From: Candidatus Lustribacter sp.
GTDB lineage: Bacteria > Vulcanimicrobiota > Vulcanimicrobiia > Vulcanimicrobiales > Vulcanimicrobiaceae
DNA: 64,000 nt
Assembly (NCBI GenBank): GCA_965277805.1
Contig: OZ255842.1
Location: 384,001-448,000, forward strand
Direction of reading: 5' to 3'
Shown here: positions 29,652 through 38,856 of the stretch, piece by piece
Layout of the letters: the number at the start of each line of letters is the position of its first letter
Position numbering within the stretch: position 1 is the first letter of the stretch
Notes under the pieces: generated by a model
Told to the model about the DNA's origin: nothing
Seen by the model: the letters and a program-made list of their open reading frames with translations, nothing else
The model's database searches: none
Made by a program: the position numbers and the translations under genes

Positions 29652-29681
29652 AGCCCCTCGCCGGCGCGAGGGGCTTTTCTT
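29652..29681 (+). terminator. aro attenuator intrinsic terminator
   Basis: AGCCCCTCGC-cggc-GCGAGGGGCT followed by TTTCTT. Confidence 0.88.
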
Positions 29682-29717
29682 ATTCCGGTCACGCTTGACC
29701 GATGTGATGGAGACGCG

Positions 29718-31505
29718 ATGACGACCGCCCAGACGCAAGCCCCGACTCCCGCTACCCCTGCCCTGACCATGACCGCTGCCTTCGAGGGAATCGAGGGCGC
29801 GTACTCACACGTGGTGCTCGAAGCCTATGCGGGCCGGCGCGGCGTGACGTTCCAGCCGTTGGGCTGCCCGACGTTCCGCGCGGTCGCCCACGCCGTGCTC
29901 GGCGGCCGGGCCGACGTCGGTTTGCTGCCGATCGACAACGCGATCGCCGGTACGATCCGCGAAGGCTACGACATCCTGGCCGAATACGAGCTCGACCCGC
30001 TGGCGGAAATCACGCTGCGGCTCGAGCATCGCCTCGTCGGCCTGCCGGGTGCCACGCTCGAGGGCGTGCGCGAGATCGAGTCGCACGCGATCGTCCTGGC
30101 CGAGTGCGGCCGTTTTCTCGCCTCGCTGCCCGACGTGAAACGCGTTCCTGTCGGCGATACCGCGATCGCGGCCCGCAATGTGGCCGCGGCCAAGGATCCG
30201 ACGCACGCGGCGATCTGCTCCAAAGAAGCCGCGGAGCGCTACGGCCTCGTCGAACTGGCCGGTTCGATCGCCGATCATCCCGATAACACCACACGCTTCT
30301 TGCTCTTCCGCGCCCCGGTTGCGGCCGGGGTGGCCGCCGAGTTCGAACCGGCTGCGGCGGGTACCGACCGCAAGACCTCGCTCGTCTTCTCCGTCGCCGA
30401 CAAACCCGGCGCGCTCGCGCGTTCGCTCGATGCGTTCGGCAAGCACGGCCTCAACGTCTCGAAGCTCGACTCGAAGTCGCGGCTGGGCACGAGCGAGTTC
30501 GCGTTCTATGCCGACATCGACGGCGACGTGCGCGAAGAGCGTTTCGCCGACGCGCTCCACGATCTCAAGGAATACACCTCGTCGCTGCACATCATCGGTT
30601 CCTACGATGCCGGCACGGCGCCGGCACGCGTGCGCCGGCCCATCGACGTGGTGATCGACAACGCGCCGGCCGTCGTGCCGAGCGTGAGCAAGCAGAAGCA
30701 GAACTTCCCGAAGGTCACCCGCGAACCGGGCCAGCCGCGCTCCAAAGTGCGCGTCGGCAACGTCGTGCTCGAAGACGGGACGTTCATCATCGCCGCCGGA
30801 CCGTGCAGCGTCGAATCGCGCGAGCAGCTCTTCGCGGTCGCGCACGAGATCAAAGATCACGGCGCGGTCATGATGCGCGGCGGCGCGTTCAAGCCTCGCA
30901 CCTCGCCATACGCCTTCCAAGGCATGGGCTGGGAAGGCTTGGCACTGCTGGCCGAAGCCGGCCGCGAAACCGGCATGCCGATCGTCAGCGAAGTGATGAG
31001 CATCGACCAAGTCGAGCGCATGGGCCAGTCGGTCGATATGTATCAGATCGGCGCGCGCAACATGCAGAACTTCGATTTGCTCAAGGCCGTCGGCAAGACG
31101 CAGATTCCGGTGCTGCTCAAACGCGGGATGTCGGCGAGCCTCGACGAGCTGCTCAGCGCAGCCGAATACATCCTCTCCGAAGGCAACCCGGACGTCGTGC
31201 TCTGCGAGCGCGGCATCCGCACGTTCGAAACGGCGACGCGCAACACGCTCGATCTCTCGGCGGTCGCGGTGCTGCGCGAGAAGACGCATCTGCCGATCAT
31301 GGTCGATCCGTCGCACGGCGTCGGCGTGCGGCGCTGGATCCGCCCGCTGTGCCGCGCGGCCAAGGCCGTCGGCGCGAACGGCATCCTGATCGAAGTGCAT
31401 CCGAATCCGGCCGTCGCGAAGAGCGACGCGGAACAGGCGCTCACGTTCCAGGATTACGAAGACATCGTCAACGATCTGGCGCAGATCCCGTTCATTCAGG
31501 ACTAG
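29718..31505 (+). CDS. pheA-aroF: Fusion: prephenate dehydratase + ACT + type I-beta DAHP synthase
   Basis: GAYSH, PIDN, DNTTRF and KPGAL motifs, then AGPCSVE, KPRTSPY, IGARNMQN, CERGIRTF and DPSHG. Confidence 0.92.
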   Translation: MTTAQTQAPTPATPALTMTAAFEGIEGAYSHVVLEAYAGRRGVTFQPLGCPTFRAVAHAVLGGRADVGLLPIDNAIAGTIREGYDILAEYELDPLAEITLRLEHRLVGLPGATLEGVREIESHAIVLAECGRFLASLPDVKRVPVGDTAIAARNVAAAKDPTHAAICSKEAAERYGLVELAGSIADHPDNTTRFLLFRAPVAAGVAAEFEPAAAGTDRKTSLVFSVADKPGALARSLDAFGKHGLNVSKLDSKSRLGTSEFAFYADIDGDVREERFADALHDLKEYTSSLHIIGSYDAGTAPARVRRPIDVVIDNAPAVVPSVSKQKQNFPKVTREPGQPRSKVRVGNVVLEDGTFIIAAGPCSVESREQLFAVAHEIKDHGAVMMRGGAFKPRTSPYAFQGMGWEGLALLAEAGRETGMPIVSEVMSIDQVERMGQSVDMYQIGARNMQNFDLLKAVGKTQIPVLLKRGMSASLDELLSAAEYILSEGNPDVVLCERGIRTFETATRNTLDLSAVAVLREKTHLPIMVDPSHGVGVRRWIRPLCRAAKAVGANGILIEVHPNPAVAKSDAEQALTFQDYEDIVNDLAQIPFIQD

Positions 31506-31515
31506 CGCTTCCGCG

Positions 31516-32811
31516 ATGATGAACACGCAAGCCCGGAGCGAGACGGTCGCTCCGGCGCGCGTACTCGGGCACCAAGCGCCGCACATTCCGGGCGACAAAT
31601 CGATCTCGCACCGGGCGGTGATTTTCGCCGCGATGGCCGAGGGCGAATCGCACATCACCAACGTCGCTCCGGGCGAAGATGTCGCATCGTCGATGCGCTG
31701 CGTCGCCGCGCTCGGTGCGAGCGTGCAGCGCGACGGCCTCAACGTGCGCATTCGCGGTGGCGCGTGGCGCGATCCGGCAGAGCCGCTCGACTGCGGCAAT
31801 TCCGGGACGACGATGCGCTTCCTGATCGGTGCGCTCGCGGGCCGCGGGATTGCCGCGACCCTGATCGGCGATGAATCGCTCAGCCGCCGGCCGATGCTGC
31901 GGGTGGCCGAACCGATGCGCGAACTCGGCGCGGTCGTCGATACTGCCGCGGGCGGCACCGCGCCAGTGCACGCGCGCGGCGGTCATCCGCTGCACGGCGG
32001 GCATATCGCGATGAAGGTTGCGAGCGCACAGCTCGCGAGTTCGCTGATGCTGGCGGCCACCGGCGCGCACGGGCGCGTGACGATTTCCGGCGCGGGCACG
32101 GCGCGCGATCACACAGCGAAGATGCTGCCGCACTTCGGCGTTGCGGTACAGCGCGACGGTGACGACATCGTCGTCGAGGGCCCGCAGCGCTTCCGCGCGG
32201 CGGATTTCCACGTGCCCGGCGATCCGTCGGCAGCCGCGTTTTGGCTCGCGGCGGCAGCCATCGTGCCCGGCGCGCGCATCGTCGTGGAGAACGTCAACCT
32301 CAATCCGACGCGCCTGGGCTTCGTCGACGCGCTCGAACGGATGGGCGCCGGCGTCACGATCACCGTGACCGCGGAAGAACCCGAACCGATGGGCCATATC
32401 GAGGTGAGCGCGCGCCCGCTGCGCGCGATCGCGATCGAGGAGCCCGAAGTTCCGGCGATTCTCGACGAGTTGCCGCTGCTCGGCATCGTGGCCGCCTACG
32501 CGACCGGCACGACGACCGTGCGCGGCGCGCGCGAGCTGCGCGTGAAGGAGAGCGATCGCATCGCAGTGCTCGTCAAGGGCCTGCGTGCGCTCGGCGGTTC
32601 GATCGCCGAACTCGACGACGGCTTCGATGTGACCGGTGGGGCGCCGCTGCACGGCGCGACGGTCGAGAGCGGTGGCGATCATCGTTTGGCGATGGCCTTC
32701 GCGATCGCGGCCCTAGGCGCGAACGCGCCGGTAACGATTGAGGATTCCGGCTGCGTCGCGATCTCGCATCCGTCGTTCTTCGCAGATTTGGCGGCAGTAT
32801 GTCGGGGCTAG
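31516..32811 (+). CDS. aroA: EPSP synthase
   Basis: PGDKSISHR, DCGNSGTT, ASAQ, RVKESDR and DHR motifs. Confidence 0.96.
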   Translation: MMNTQARSETVAPARVLGHQAPHIPGDKSISHRAVIFAAMAEGESHITNVAPGEDVASSMRCVAALGASVQRDGLNVRIRGGAWRDPAEPLDCGNSGTTMRFLIGALAGRGIAATLIGDESLSRRPMLRVAEPMRELGAVVDTAAGGTAPVHARGGHPLHGGHIAMKVASAQLASSLMLAATGAHGRVTISGAGTARDHTAKMLPHFGVAVQRDGDDIVVEGPQRFRAADFHVPGDPSAAAFWLAAAAIVPGARIVVENVNLNPTRLGFVDALERMGAGVTITVTAEEPEPMGHIEVSARPLRAIAIEEPEVPAILDELPLLGIVAAYATGTTTVRGARELRVKESDRIAVLVKGLRALGGSIAELDDGFDVTGGAPLHGATVESGGDHRLAMAFAIAALGANAPVTIEDSGCVAISHPSFFADLAAVCRG

Positions 32812-33641
32812 TGCCGGCCGTTTCCGCGGGTCCGTGGACGAAACGCTTCGCCGTAGTCGGTCAGCCGATCGCACACTCGCGCTCGCCCGAAATTTTCGCC
32901 GCGCTCTCGCGCCAGTCGGGTATCCCGCTCTCGTACGAGCGCCTCGAACTGACGCCGGACGATTTCGCCTTCGCGTTTTCGGAAGCGCGCGAAAACTTCG
33001 ACGGCTGGAACGTTACGGCGCCGCACAAAGAACGCGTGCTGGCCAAGGCCGACGTTGTGAGCGATGACGCGCGCTTGGTTGGTGCAGCGAACGTGGTCAC
33101 CTTTCGCGATGGCGAGGCCTACGCGGCGAACACCGACGTCGGCGGCGTCATCTCGCTCTTGCGCAAGAGCAACATCGATCCGGCCGGTAGCGTCGTGACG
33201 CTGCTCGGCGCCGGCGGCGCAGCGCGCGCGACGATCGTTGCGCTCGTGCAGATGGGCGCGAAACGGATCGTGGTCTCGAATCGCACGCTCGAACGCGTCC
33301 GGGCGCTGGTCGACGATTTGCGCGTCGCTGCCGGAACGACCGAACTCGCGATCGGCGACCCGGTAGCATCGCAGCTCGTGATCAACGCGACCAGCAACGG
33401 CGCGGCCGTCGCCGATGCCGTAAGTGCGTGCGTGCCCGGCGGCTGGTGCGTGGATCTGCAGTACCGTCCCGCCGATACGCCGTTCGTGCTGGCCGCGCGC
33501 GCTGCCGGCCGCAACGCTGTCAGCGGCGCGCACATGCTGGTCGCGCAAGCGATCGCGACGTTCTATCTCTGGTACGGCGACGACGTGCGTTTCGGACGCG
33601 CCGCCGAGGCCGAACTCACTGCTCTCGTGGAGGCTCCCTAG
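32799..33641 (+). CDS. aroE: Shikimate dehydrogenase
   Basis: HSRSP, NVTAPHK, NTD and GAGGAA motifs. Confidence 0.93.
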   Translation: MSGLVPAVSAGPWTKRFAVVGQPIAHSRSPEIFAALSRQSGIPLSYERLELTPDDFAFAFSEARENFDGWNVTAPHKERVLAKADVVSDDARLVGAANVVTFRDGEAYAANTDVGGVISLLRKSNIDPAGSVVTLLGAGGAARATIVALVQMGAKRIVVSNRTLERVRALVDDLRVAAGTTELAIGDPVASQLVINATSNGAAVADAVSACVPGGWCVDLQYRPADTPFVLAARAAGRNAVSGAHMLVAQAIATFYLWYGDDVRFGRAAEAELTALVEAP

Positions 33642-33644
33642 ATC

Positions 33645-34817
33645 ATGTCGCGGTTGCGATATCTCACCGCCGGTGAATCCCACGGTCCCGCGCTGACCGG
33701 GATCATGGAAGGGTTGCCCGCCGGTTTGCCGATCACGGTCGAAGAGATCCATACCGACGGCCGGCGGCGCATGATGGGCTACGGCCGCGGCAACCGCATG
33801 AAGATCGAGACCGACGAGGTGAAGATTCTCGCCGGCGTGCGCCGCGGCGAAACGCTGGGCAGCCCGGTCTCGCTCTACATCGAGAACCGCGATCACCAGA
33901 AGTGGCTCGAGATCATGACCGCGGAACCGCGCGAGGGCGAGGCGGCGCGCGCGGTCTACATTCCGCGGCCGGGTCATACCGACCGCGTCGGCGGTTTGAA
34001 GTACGACCGCGCCGACATGCGCGACATCCTCGAGCGCGCCAGCGCGCGCGAAACGGCGATGCGCGTGGCGCTCGGCGCGCTGGCGCGCAAGTTGCTGAGC
34101 GAACTCGGCGTCTCGATCGCGAGCCGCGTCGTGCGCATCGGCGAGGTGGTCGACGAAACGCCGCTCGACGCCGACATCGCGACGCTCAACGCCCGCGTCG
34201 ACCAATCACCCGTGCGCGTGCTCGATAGCGGCGCGGCGGAACGTATCATGAAAAACATCGATGCATCGAAGGAAGCCGGCGACACGCTCGGCGGCGTGTT
34301 CGAAGTCGTGGCCGGCGGCGTGCCGATCGGCCTTGGGTCGCACGCTCAATGGGATCGCCGTCTCGACGGCCGCGTCGGCGAAGCGTTCCTCGCGCTCAAC
34401 GCGATGAAGGGCGTCGAATTGGGCCTCGGTTTCCGCGGTTCCGCGCTGCCCGGTTCGGCCGTGCACGATTCGTATTTTCCCGGCGAGAACGGGACGCTCA
34501 CGCGTTACGGCAGCAACCGCGCAGGCGGGATCGAGGGCGGCATCAGCACCGGTCAGCCGATCGTCGTGCGCGTCGCAATGAAGCCGATCTCGACGCTGAT
34601 GAAACCGTTGCCGTCGGTCGATCTGCGCACGGGCGAAGCGACCAATGCCTACATCGAGCGTAGCGACGTGTGCGCCGTGCCGGCCGCGGCAGTGATCGGC
34701 GAATCGCTGCTCGCGCTCGTACTGGCCGACGCCCTGCTCGAGACCTTTCCCGGCGACACAATGAATTTGCTGCGTGACTATGTCGGCGCGTGGCGGGAGC
34801 GCATTCATGCCCGTTGA
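33645..34817 (+). CDS. aroC: Chorismate synthase
   Basis: TAGESHG, PRPGH, ERASARET and RSDVCAVP motifs. Confidence 0.97.
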   Translation: MSRLRYLTAGESHGPALTGIMEGLPAGLPITVEEIHTDGRRRMMGYGRGNRMKIETDEVKILAGVRRGETLGSPVSLYIENRDHQKWLEIMTAEPREGEAARAVYIPRPGHTDRVGGLKYDRADMRDILERASARETAMRVALGALARKLLSELGVSIASRVVRIGEVVDETPLDADIATLNARVDQSPVRVLDSGAAERIMKNIDASKEAGDTLGGVFEVVAGGVPIGLGSHAQWDRRLDGRVGEAFLALNAMKGVELGLGFRGSALPGSAVHDSYFPGENGTLTRYGSNRAGGIEGGISTGQPIVVRVAMKPISTLMKPLPSVDLRTGEATNAYIERSDVCAVPAAAVIGESLLALVLADALLETFPGDTMNLLRDYVGAWRERIHAR

Positions 34818-35343
34818 TCCCAACCAGCACATCCTATTCTGCGGCACCGCCGGTTCGGGGAAGACGACGGTCGGCGCGCTCGTCGCGCGCGCGCTCGGGC
34901 GTGAGTTCGTCGACATCGATCGGATGGTCGAGCGCGCGACCGGCCGCAGCGTGCAAGCGATCTTCGCCAAAGAGGGTGAAGCGGCGTTCCGCGCGCACGA
35001 GCGGGCGGCGGTCGTCCGCGCGCTCGGAGCCGCCAAACCGGGTGTGATCTCTCTCGGCGGCGGCGCGCTCGAAAACGATGAAACGTTCGCCGACGCGCGG
35101 CGCCACACGCTGGTCTGGCTCAAGGCGACGGTTACGACGCTCGCCTCGCGCCTCTCGGGCAACGGCGAGCGTCCGCTCTTGGCCGGCGATCCGCTGGCGA
35201 AGCTGCACGAACTTGCGGCCGCGCGCGAGCCGCGCTATCGTCAAGCGCACGTGATCGTCGATGCGTCGCTCGCGCCCAAGGGCGTTGCGGCCTCGGTACT
35301 GGAAGCGCTGCGCGCGAACGAACTCGTCGGTGACCGCGCGTGA
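34807..35343 (+). CDS. aroK: Shikimate kinase
   Basis: GTAGSGKTT, GEAAFR, GGG and RPL motifs. Confidence 0.93.
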   Translation: MPVDPNQHILFCGTAGSGKTTVGALVARALGREFVDIDRMVERATGRSVQAIFAKEGEAAFRAHERAAVVRALGAAKPGVISLGGGALENDETFADARRHTLVWLKATVTTLASRLSGNGERPLLAGDPLAKLHELAAAREPRYRQAHVIVDASLAPKGVAASVLEALRANELVGDRA

Positions 35344-36422
35344 TCTCAAACGAAGTGCAGCGCATCCGCGTCGAGCTCGGCGACGAGCGTTCGTACGACG
35401 TCGTCATCGGCGCAGGCGCGATCGACGAAATCACCGCGATTGACGCCCGCACCGTGGTCGTGCTCTACGACATCGCGGTGGAACCGCTGGCGCAACAAGT
35501 GCTCACGGCCTTCGGCTCGCGCGTGCTGCTGACGCGCGGTTTGGTCGGCGGCGAAGACGTGAAAACACTGGAAATGGCGGGCGAACTCTACGACTGGCTC
35601 GCTGAAGTTCACGTCGATCGTGAGACCGTGCTGATCGCCATCGGCGGCGGTACCGTCACCGATCTCGGCGGATTCATCGCCGCGACGTACTTACGCGGCC
35701 TGCGCTGGTGCGCCGTACCGACCACGCTATTGGCCGCGGTCGATGCGGCCGTGGGCGGCAAGACCGCGATCAACCTCGGCGCGGGGAAGAACCTCGTCGG
35801 CGTGTTCCATCATCCCTCGCTCGTCGCGATCGAACCGGAGGCGTTCACCACGCTCGATCCGCGCGATATCGCGGCCGGCATGGGCGAAGCGCTGAAGACC
35901 GCGCTCGTCGCCGATCCCGAACTGTTTGAGTTCCTCGAACGCGAGATGCCGCGCGCGCTGGCCGCAGATCCCGCCGTGCTCGCAACGACGGTCGCGCACT
36001 GCGTCGCGGCGAAGGCGCGCGTCGTTGCCGGTGACGAGCGCGAGACCGACGATAGCGGCGCCGGCGGCCGGGCGATCCTGAACTTCGGCCACACGGTCGG
36101 GCACGCGCTCGAGAAGACGTGCGGCTACGGCGCGCTACGTCACGGCGAAGCGATCGTGCTCGGCATGCGCGCCGCACTCGCGCTCTCGCGCGAACGCGGT
36201 CTCGCACCGGCGCAAGCCGAACGCATCACGGCCCTGGTCAACGCAATCCCGGCGCCGCATCCGGATGCCGCGCCGGATGCGATCATCAAGGCGACCGCGT
36301 CGGACAAGAAACGCAAGGCGGGCAAGGTTCGCTTCATCCTGATCCGCGACGTCGCCGATCCCTACATCGTCGACGACGTGACCGAGGAGTCGGTGCGCGC
36401 GGCGTTGACCGCGATCGCATGA
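35340..36422 (+). CDS. aroB: 3-dehydroquinate synthase
   Basis: GGGTVTD, PTTLLA, GGKT, LNFGHT and HGEA motifs. Confidence 0.96.
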   Translation: MISNEVQRIRVELGDERSYDVVIGAGAIDEITAIDARTVVVLYDIAVEPLAQQVLTAFGSRVLLTRGLVGGEDVKTLEMAGELYDWLAEVHVDRETVLIAIGGGTVTDLGGFIAATYLRGLRWCAVPTTLLAAVDAAVGGKTAINLGAGKNLVGVFHHPSLVAIEPEAFTTLDPRDIAAGMGEALKTALVADPELFEFLEREMPRALAADPAVLATTVAHCVAAKARVVAGDERETDDSGAGGRAILNFGHTVGHALEKTCGYGALRHGEAIVLGMRAALALSRERGLAPAQAERITALVNAIPAPHPDAAPDAIIKATASDKKRKAGKVRFILIRDVADPYIVDDVTEESVRAALTAIA

Positions 36423-36847
36423 CGATCCTCGTCGTTCACGGGCCGAACCTCAACTTGCTCGGCGAACGCGAACCCGGCGTCTACGGCACGCTCACGCTCG
36501 ACGAACTGAACGCGAAGATTCGCGAACACGGCCGCGCCAAAGGCTGCGAGATCCGCACGTACCAGTCCAACCACGAAGGACGCCTGCTCGACGCACTCCA
36601 GCGCGCGCGCCGCTGGGCGAGCGGCATCGTCATCAACCCCGGCGCATACGGCCACACGTCGTACGCGTTGCGCGACTGCATCGCCGGCATCAACACCCCT
36701 ACGGTCGAAGTCCACCTCAGCGACGTCGAAGCCCGCGAACCGTTCCGCAAAATCTCCACCATCGCCGACGTCTGCATCGCCAAAATCAGCGGCCTCGGCC
36801 CCCAATCCTACCTAAATGCCATCGACCTACTACTATCGCGTTTATAA
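36419..36847 (+). CDS. aroQ: Type II 3-dehydroquinate dehydratase
   Basis: GPNLNLLGEREP..YG, QSNHEG, INPG and EVHLS motifs. Confidence 0.96.
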   Translation: MTILVVHGPNLNLLGEREPGVYGTLTLDELNAKIREHGRAKGCEIRTYQSNHEGRLLDALQRARRWASGIVINPGAYGHTSYALRDCIAGINTPTVEVHLSDVEAREPFRKISTIADVCIAKISGLGPQSYLNAIDLLLSRL

Positions 36848-37177
36848 TTTGAGACGCGTCGTAATCACGAGCTCGAGCAGCTCCTTCGAGATCGGGCGAT
36901 CGAGGGGCACTTGGATCGCTCCTTTCGAGACGGTATAATCGCTGAGCTCGTCTTTCAACTGCGGTATAACCTTGCCGCTGTAGGGATACAGGCCGATGTG
37001 ATTCGCGTGCGCGTCGAAGCCGAGAAACGCTTTGCCCTCGTATGTGAGCGTCGGCATCTTGTACGAGATCGTCTCTTCGGCTTCGGGCACGATCTCTTTG
37101 GCAAGCGCGCGAATGCGCTCCAGCTCTTTTCGCTTTGACGGTTCGACGTTCTTGAGATAGTCGTCAATCAGGCTCAT
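36842..37177 (-). CDS. DUF1801/YdhG-like protein
   Basis: IDDYL, EETISYKMP, HIGLYP and SKGAIQ motifs. Confidence 0.82.
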   Translation of the reverse strand: MSLIDDYLKNVEPSKRKELERIRALAKEIVPEAEETISYKMPTLTYEGKAFLGFDAHANHIGLYPYSGKVIPQLKDELSDYTVSKGAIQVPLDRPISKELLELVITTRLKL

Positions 37178-37236
37178 CGCGAACCTCCCGCCTCGACGTC
37201 TTATCCGAGCGCCTGCGCGTTCCCGCCGAGCGCCAG

Positions 37237-38007
37237 CTACGACGTGATGGGAAGATCGACCGTGAACGTGGCGGCATAGCCGCTCATGGAGCCCGTTAGC
37301 GTGAGGAGGGTCGCGCCTTTGGTTTGCCGGCTGTAGACGCGATCGAGGGCGTTGGTCGTCGAGTTTATGCCCTCGTCATCGTAGGGGCTCACCGACGTGC
37401 TCAGCGTGTCGATCACGGTTTGCGAGAAGAAGAGCTGCGTCGTGTTCGTGTCGTCCGATGTGGACGACGCCTCGCTGTATGACGAGCGCACGCGGAGGTG
37501 GATGTGGGTCGTACGTCCGGAGTACCAGCCCGGAAGGATCGTCGTGAACGTAACGCTGCCTGCGGCGTTCGTGATCTGATACCCGCGTAGCCATTGCTGA
37601 CCGGTCGTTGCTTCGACCGATTCGTTGGAGTAGACGCCCGCGGCGTTGCAGTGCCAGATGTCGAGCTGTGCCCCGGCCAGCGCCGCACAACCGTTTTCGC
37701 CGTCCCGCACGATTACGGTGAGCGTGAGCGGGATGCCCGATTGGGCTTGCGACCCGTCGAGGTTCGCCAGGATGTTGCTGCGGTTGTAGCCCGTCGCGGA
37801 ATCGTCGGTGAAGTAGGGACCGATCTCACCTTCCGGCGTCACCGCGCAGGTTGTGCTCGTGGTCGTGGTCGTCGATGTCGCGGCCGCGGTTGCCGCTGCC
37901 GTTGCCGTGGATGGCGTGGCGGCACTCCCGCCGCCGCCGCAACGGGCGGCCAGAACGCCGCCACCGGCAACGCTCAAATACTTCAACATCGTCTTGCGGC
38001 TGATCAT
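37237..38007 (-). CDS. Exported intradiol ring-cleavage dioxygenase-like protein
   Basis: Signal/lipobox-like N-terminus, Thr-rich linker; GPYF, DIWHC, LRG.Q and PGWYSGRTTHIH motifs. Confidence 0.85.
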   Translation of the reverse strand: MISRKTMLKYLSVAGGGVLAARCGGGGSAATPSTATAAATAAATSTTTTTSTTCAVTPEGEIGPYFTDDSATGYNRSNILANLDGSQAQSGIPLTLTVIVRDGENGCAALAGAQLDIWHCNAAGVYSNESVEATTGQQWLRGYQITNAAGSVTFTTILPGWYSGRTTHIHLRVRSSYSEASSTSDDTNTTQLFFSQTVIDTLSTSVSPYDDEGINSTTNALDRVYSRQTKGATLLTLTGSMSGYAATFTVDLPITS

Positions 38008-38040
38008 GAAGTCAGCTTGCGTCTTCTAGCTGAACGAAAT

Positions 38041-38118
38041 CTGGAGCGCGATTGAGATGCGCTTGGGAAACATCCGTCTCGGGATGACAGGGGCGGGGAA
38101 TCTTGGAGGCGATTGAGA
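38041..38118. promoter_or_regulatory. Duplicated candidate response-regulator boxes
   Basis: CTGGAGCGCGATTGAGA (38041) and CTTGGAGGCGATTGAGA (38102) in the divergent promoter region. Confidence 0.5.
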
Positions 38119-38163
38119 GTTTCTCGAAGCGGTCTCTCAGGCGGGAAAGCGAAAATAGGGGTC

Positions 38164-38856
38164 GTGGCAGAGCAGCAGCGGCCTCGCGTTGCGGTGGTCG
38201 ACGACGAAGCGCATTTGCGCGAAGTGCTCGAGATCGGTCTCGCGCAAGAGGGCTTCGAGGTTCGGTCGGCTCCCGACGGTGCGGCGGGCTTGACGCTCGT
38301 CCGCGACTGGGAGCCGGAGTGCATCGTGCTCGACGTCATGATGCCGAAGATCGACGGCCTTGCGGTGATCCCGATGATCCGGCGGCTGACGCAAGTGCCG
38401 ATCATCATGCTGACCGCGCGCGGCGACGTGCGCGATCGCATCGACGGCTTGCAGGCCGGCGCCGATGACTACGTGAGCAAGCCGTTCGACCTCGGCGAAC
38501 TTGCGGCGCGGCTGAAGAGCGCGCTGCGCCGGCCGATGCTCAAGCGCGTCAACAACCTGCGGTATGCGGATCTCGAACTCGATCTCGACGCGCGCAGCGC
38601 CAAGCGCGGCGAACGCTGGATCTCGTTCTCGACGCGCGAGTTCGATCTGGTCGCGACGCTGCTGCGCTACCCGCAGCGCGTGTTCACGCGCGAGGAACTG
38701 CTCGATCTCGTCTGGGGCATCGACCGCGACGTCACGCGCAACACGGTCGAAACCTATATCTCGTACGTGCGCGCGAAAGTCGACACCGAGAACGAACCCC
38801 GGCTTCTGCATACGATTCGCGGCGTGGGGTATTCGATTCGTAGCGAAACGCATTGA
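38164..38856 (+). CDS. OmpR family response regulator (MprA-like)
   Basis: VVDDE, LDVMMP, GADDYVSKPF and TIRGVGY motifs. Confidence 0.93.
   Translation: MAEQQRPRVAVVDDEAHLREVLEIGLAQEGFEVRSAPDGAAGLTLVRDWEPECIVLDVMMPKIDGLAVIPMIRRLTQVPIIMLTARGDVRDRIDGLQAGADDYVSKPFDLGELAARLKSALRRPMLKRVNNLRYADLELDLDARSAKRGERWISFSTREFDLVATLLRYPQRVFTREELLDLVWGIDRDVTRNTVETYISYVRAKVDTENEPRLLHTIRGVGYSIRSETH

Noticed and set aside
29805-31958. 717-aa antisense ORF
   Set aside because: Shadow of pheA-aroF and aroA.
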